Source: Fidelibacterota bacterium
GTDB lineage: Bacteria; Fidelibacterota; SORT01
Reading direction: 5' to 3'
Length of the DNA: 64,000 nucleotides
Assembly (NCBI GenBank): GCA_022571215.1
Contig: JACZYG010000009.1
Location: 18,663-82,662, forward strand
Part shown: one piece after another, positions 61,404 to 64,000 of the stretch
Numbering within the stretch: position 1 is the first letter of the stretch
How the letters are laid out: every line of letters starts with the position of its first letter
Notes under the pieces: model-generated
The model's database searches: none
Seen by the model: only the letters and a program-made list of their open reading frames with translations
What the model was told of the DNA's origin: nothing
Made by a program: the position numbers and the translations under genes

Positions 61404-63449
61404 TTACCAGATCTTTACTCTCTTTTCTACGGGTATAAACATTTTGTCACCCTCTTTCACGTCGAACGCCTCATAAAATTCAGGCATATTTTGCAATGCT
61501 CCGGTTACGCGATAATTTCCCGGAGAATGCGGATCTGTAAGAATCCTTTGTCGAAGCGCCTTTTCCCTCATATTGCGGCGCCATACCTGCGCCCAACCGA
61601 TAAAGAAGCGTTGATCACCTGTTAACCCGTCTATCAGAGGCGCTTCCTTCCCGTTCAACGAGTTTTTATAAGCTCTATACGCTACCGTTAATCCTGCCAT
61701 GTCGCCTATGTTTTCGCCGAGAGTCAGTTCGCCGTTCAGATAAACGGAATCAAGAGGAGAAAATGCGCTGAACTGGTCTATCATTACCTGCGCGCGTTCG
61801 TTAAATTTCTTTTCATCCTCTTCCGTCCACCACTCCTTCAGATTTCCATCGCCATCGGATTTTCTGCCTTGATCATCGTAACCATGACTAAGTTCATGAC
61901 CGATAACCGCTCCGATCCCACCGTAATTAACCGCGTCATCCGCCTGCATATTAAAGAACGGCGGTTGTAGAATGGCAGCTGGAAACACTACTTCATTCAT
62001 AGACGGATTGTAATATGCGTTTACGGTCTGTGGATTCATGAACCATTCGTTTCTGTCTATCGGACCTGGAAGTTTTGCCATTGCTTTGTCGTCCACAAAC
62101 TTATTATATCTTAAGTAATTACCAATCAGGTCGTCTTCTTTTATCTCAAGATCAGAATAATCTTTCCATACGTCGGGATATCCGATCTTAGAGCTGAACT
62201 TGGAGAGTTTTATAAGCGCTTGAGCCTTGGTTTCCTCTCCCATCCATTCCAAACCTTTCAGACGTTCTTCCATTGCAGCTTCGAGATTATGAACTAGCTC
62301 TACCATTCTTTCTTTAGCGGCAGGTGTAAAATGCTTTTGGACATATATTTTACCTACAGCCTCGCCAAGGATCAGATCAACCGCGCTTACTCCTCTTTTC
62401 CAGCGAGGAAGGTTCTCTTCAATGCCGTTCAATGTTTTGCTGTACATATCAAAATTTGCATCGACAAAATCGGCGTTCAGTTCGGCAGCGAACGCATCAT
62501 ACAGGTGCCAGGTGAAATACACTTTCCAATCGTCAACAGATACTTCTTTCCATTTTTTGTTAAATCCCTCAAGATAGGATGGCTGCCGGACGACAACTTC
62601 CTGTGTTTCCGCTACTCCGATCCCTGCATAAAATGCCTTCCAATCAAAATTTGGAGTCAATTCGTTCAACCCGGCAAGGTCATGCTTATTGTATGTCTTA
62701 TCCCTATCCCGGTTTTCAACTCTTGTCCAATGATGTTCGGCAAGTCCTGTCTCGATCTCCATCACACGCTCGGCTTTCGATTTTGCATCGTCTATTCCTG
62801 CTAAAGTAAATATATTCGCGATGTGCTCTTCGTATTTTTCGCGAATCGTATCAAACCTTTCTCCCTCCTTTAGATAGTAATCTCTGTCAGGAAGTCCAAG
62901 TCCGGATTGATTCGCGTAAAGAATGTATCGGGTTGTTTCCTTAGAATCTTGACTTACAGAAATACCTATCGGTGTCTTGACGCCTTTCTTTTGAATTTGC
63001 ACAAAAAGGTCAAGCAGATCATCGTAGCTTGACACACTTTGAATTTTTGATAATTCACCCGCAAGAGGCGTAATTCCTAATTCCTCGATTAAATCGGTAT
63101 TCATGTAGCTTCTATAGAATGCGCCTACTTTAAGCATCTCTTCACTTTGTTCCTCTTCTCCGGTGGATGCCGCATCAATTATAGATTTTAGACGTTCATC
63201 GCTCATATCGCGTAATTCAGTAAAAGAGCCATAATTTGATTTATCCGCGGGGATTTCGGTATTAGCGAGCCACGTTCCGTTGACATACTGATAGATATCG
63301 TCCTGTGGACGAACGGATGTGTCAAAATTTGACATCTCTATTCCCGATGATAGCGTTTTATCTTCCGTTTTTGTTTCCATGTTAGAGCTTCCGGCTGAAC
63401 AACCGGTCAGTAGAAGCGCGGAAAACAGTGATAGCGTGTAATTTTTCAT
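61404..63449 (-). CDS. pepO: M13 (neprilysin/PepO) metallopeptidase, lipoprotein
   Basis: Lipobox LTG-C, VNAYY, GHELSHGYDD, GENIGD, DPHSP. Confidence 0.95.
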   Translation of the reverse strand: MKNYTLSLFSALLLTGCSAGSSNMETKTEDKTLSSGIEMSNFDTSVRPQDDIYQYVNGTWLANTEIPADKSNYGSFTELRDMSDERLKSIIDAASTGEEEQSEEMLKVGAFYRSYMNTDLIEELGITPLAGELSKIQSVSSYDDLLDLFVQIQKKGVKTPIGISVSQDSKETTRYILYANQSGLGLPDRDYYLKEGERFDTIREKYEEHIANIFTLAGIDDAKSKAERVMEIETGLAEHHWTRVENRDRDKTYNKHDLAGLNELTPNFDWKAFYAGIGVAETQEVVVRQPSYLEGFNKKWKEVSVDDWKVYFTWHLYDAFAAELNADFVDANFDMYSKTLNGIEENLPRWKRGVSAVDLILGEAVGKIYVQKHFTPAAKERMVELVHNLEAAMEERLKGLEWMGEETKAQALIKLSKFSSKIGYPDVWKDYSDLEIKEDDLIGNYLRYNKFVDDKAMAKLPGPIDRNEWFMNPQTVNAYYNPSMNEVVFPAAILQPPFFNMQADDAVNYGGIGAVIGHELSHGYDDQGRKSDGDGNLKEWWTEEDEKKFNERAQVMIDQFSAFSPLDSVYLNGELTLGENIGDMAGLTVAYRAYKNSLNGKEAPLIDGLTGDQRFFIGWAQVWRRNMREKALRQRILTDPHSPGNYRVTGALQNMPEFYEAFDVKEGDKMFIPVEKRVKIW

Positions 63450-63576
63450 TACTTAATCTCCAATTATAATCTGTTTGCATCTATTCATTTCCTTTATATC
63501 TCTAAATCGGATAATCAAACGATGTTCAATTCCCGAAATCATAAAATTATCATCTTATCCCCTGAAAACGTAGAGA

Positions 63577-63606
63577 AGTATATAGCAGGTAAGAGGGTAA
63601 TGTCAA
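63577..63606 (-). promoter_or_regulatory. Putative promoter for the M13 peptidase
   Basis: TTGACA-18 bp-TATACT on the minus strand. Confidence 0.45.
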
Positions 63607-63635
63607 TGATTTTACGTAGTTCAAAAAAACATGAA

Positions 63636-63668
63636 TAAAAAAGCTCCCTAATATTTTAGGGAGCTTTT
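63636..63668 (-). terminator. Rho-independent terminator after the TonB-dependent receptor
   Basis: aaaagctcccta..tagggagctttt stem with a T-run on the minus strand. Confidence 0.8.
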
Positions 63669-63721
63669 AATTCCGTTAGCCTTACACTTGCAGGATTAAA
63701 ATCCTGTGTAATAGGTATTCG

Positions 63722-64000
63722 TTAGAAGAAATACCTCAGCCCAAACTGAACCTGCCATCGCGAAAATAAGCCTGGGTGATCAATATAAGTCTCCGCAGGT
63801 CCTGTAAAGTTGAGCTCAGGAACACCGTTGTTATCATATCCGGTAAATCTTATTGGTGAAGTTGCAGCAACGGTGGCTACTTTTCTTACACCCCAGTTTG
63901 AATTAAGGAGATTGGCTACATTTAGTATGTCAAGACTCAACTGTATTTTATGACTCGTCTCACCGACTGACAGCGCATAATCCTGGAGTATACGCAAATC
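63722..64000 (-). CDS. C-terminus of an Oar-like TonB-dependent receptor (partial)
   Basis: DLRI..IQLSLDILNVANLLNSNWG..SRWQVQFGLRYFF with a terminal Phe beta-signal. Confidence 0.8.
   Translation of the reverse strand, partial: DLRILQDYALSVGETSHKIQLSLDILNVANLLNSNWGVRKVATVAATSPIRFTGYDNNGVPELNFTGPAETYIDHPGLFSRWQVQFGLRYFF

Overview
This is a 64 kb, gene-dense bacterial chromosomal segment made mostly of housekeeping genes. Gene content and order suggest an FCB-superphylum diderm, possibly Marinisomatota/Calditrichota-like (inference only). Left to right it carries: partial phoH, a LysM protein and a lipoprotein, aspS, a complete F1Fo ATP synthase operon preceded by parA-parB-M23-bactofilin, secDF-STAS-purA, a TPR/Fis-HTH protein, and a biotin carboxylase/BCCP/methylmalonyl-CoA mutase/birA/coaX operon. 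Next come a TolC-HMBD-CusB cluster with no CusA that runs into CcmH/CcmI-like genes, a Rieske/cytochrome b-c complex, an outer-membrane gene trio, two ychF paralogs, a GnnA-like gene with lpxB and lpxK, ctpA, exbBDD-tonB, pfkB-mtnA, moxR-DUF58, an M13 peptidase and the end of a TonB-dependent receptor. The clearest accessory signal is an AT-rich stand-alone SIR2-family gene bracketed by 121-bp direct repeats that duplicate the 3' end of the cytochrome b-c gene, with no integrase present. I found no tRNA, rRNA, CRISPR array or transposase by eye. All product calls come from motif recognition, not database searches.
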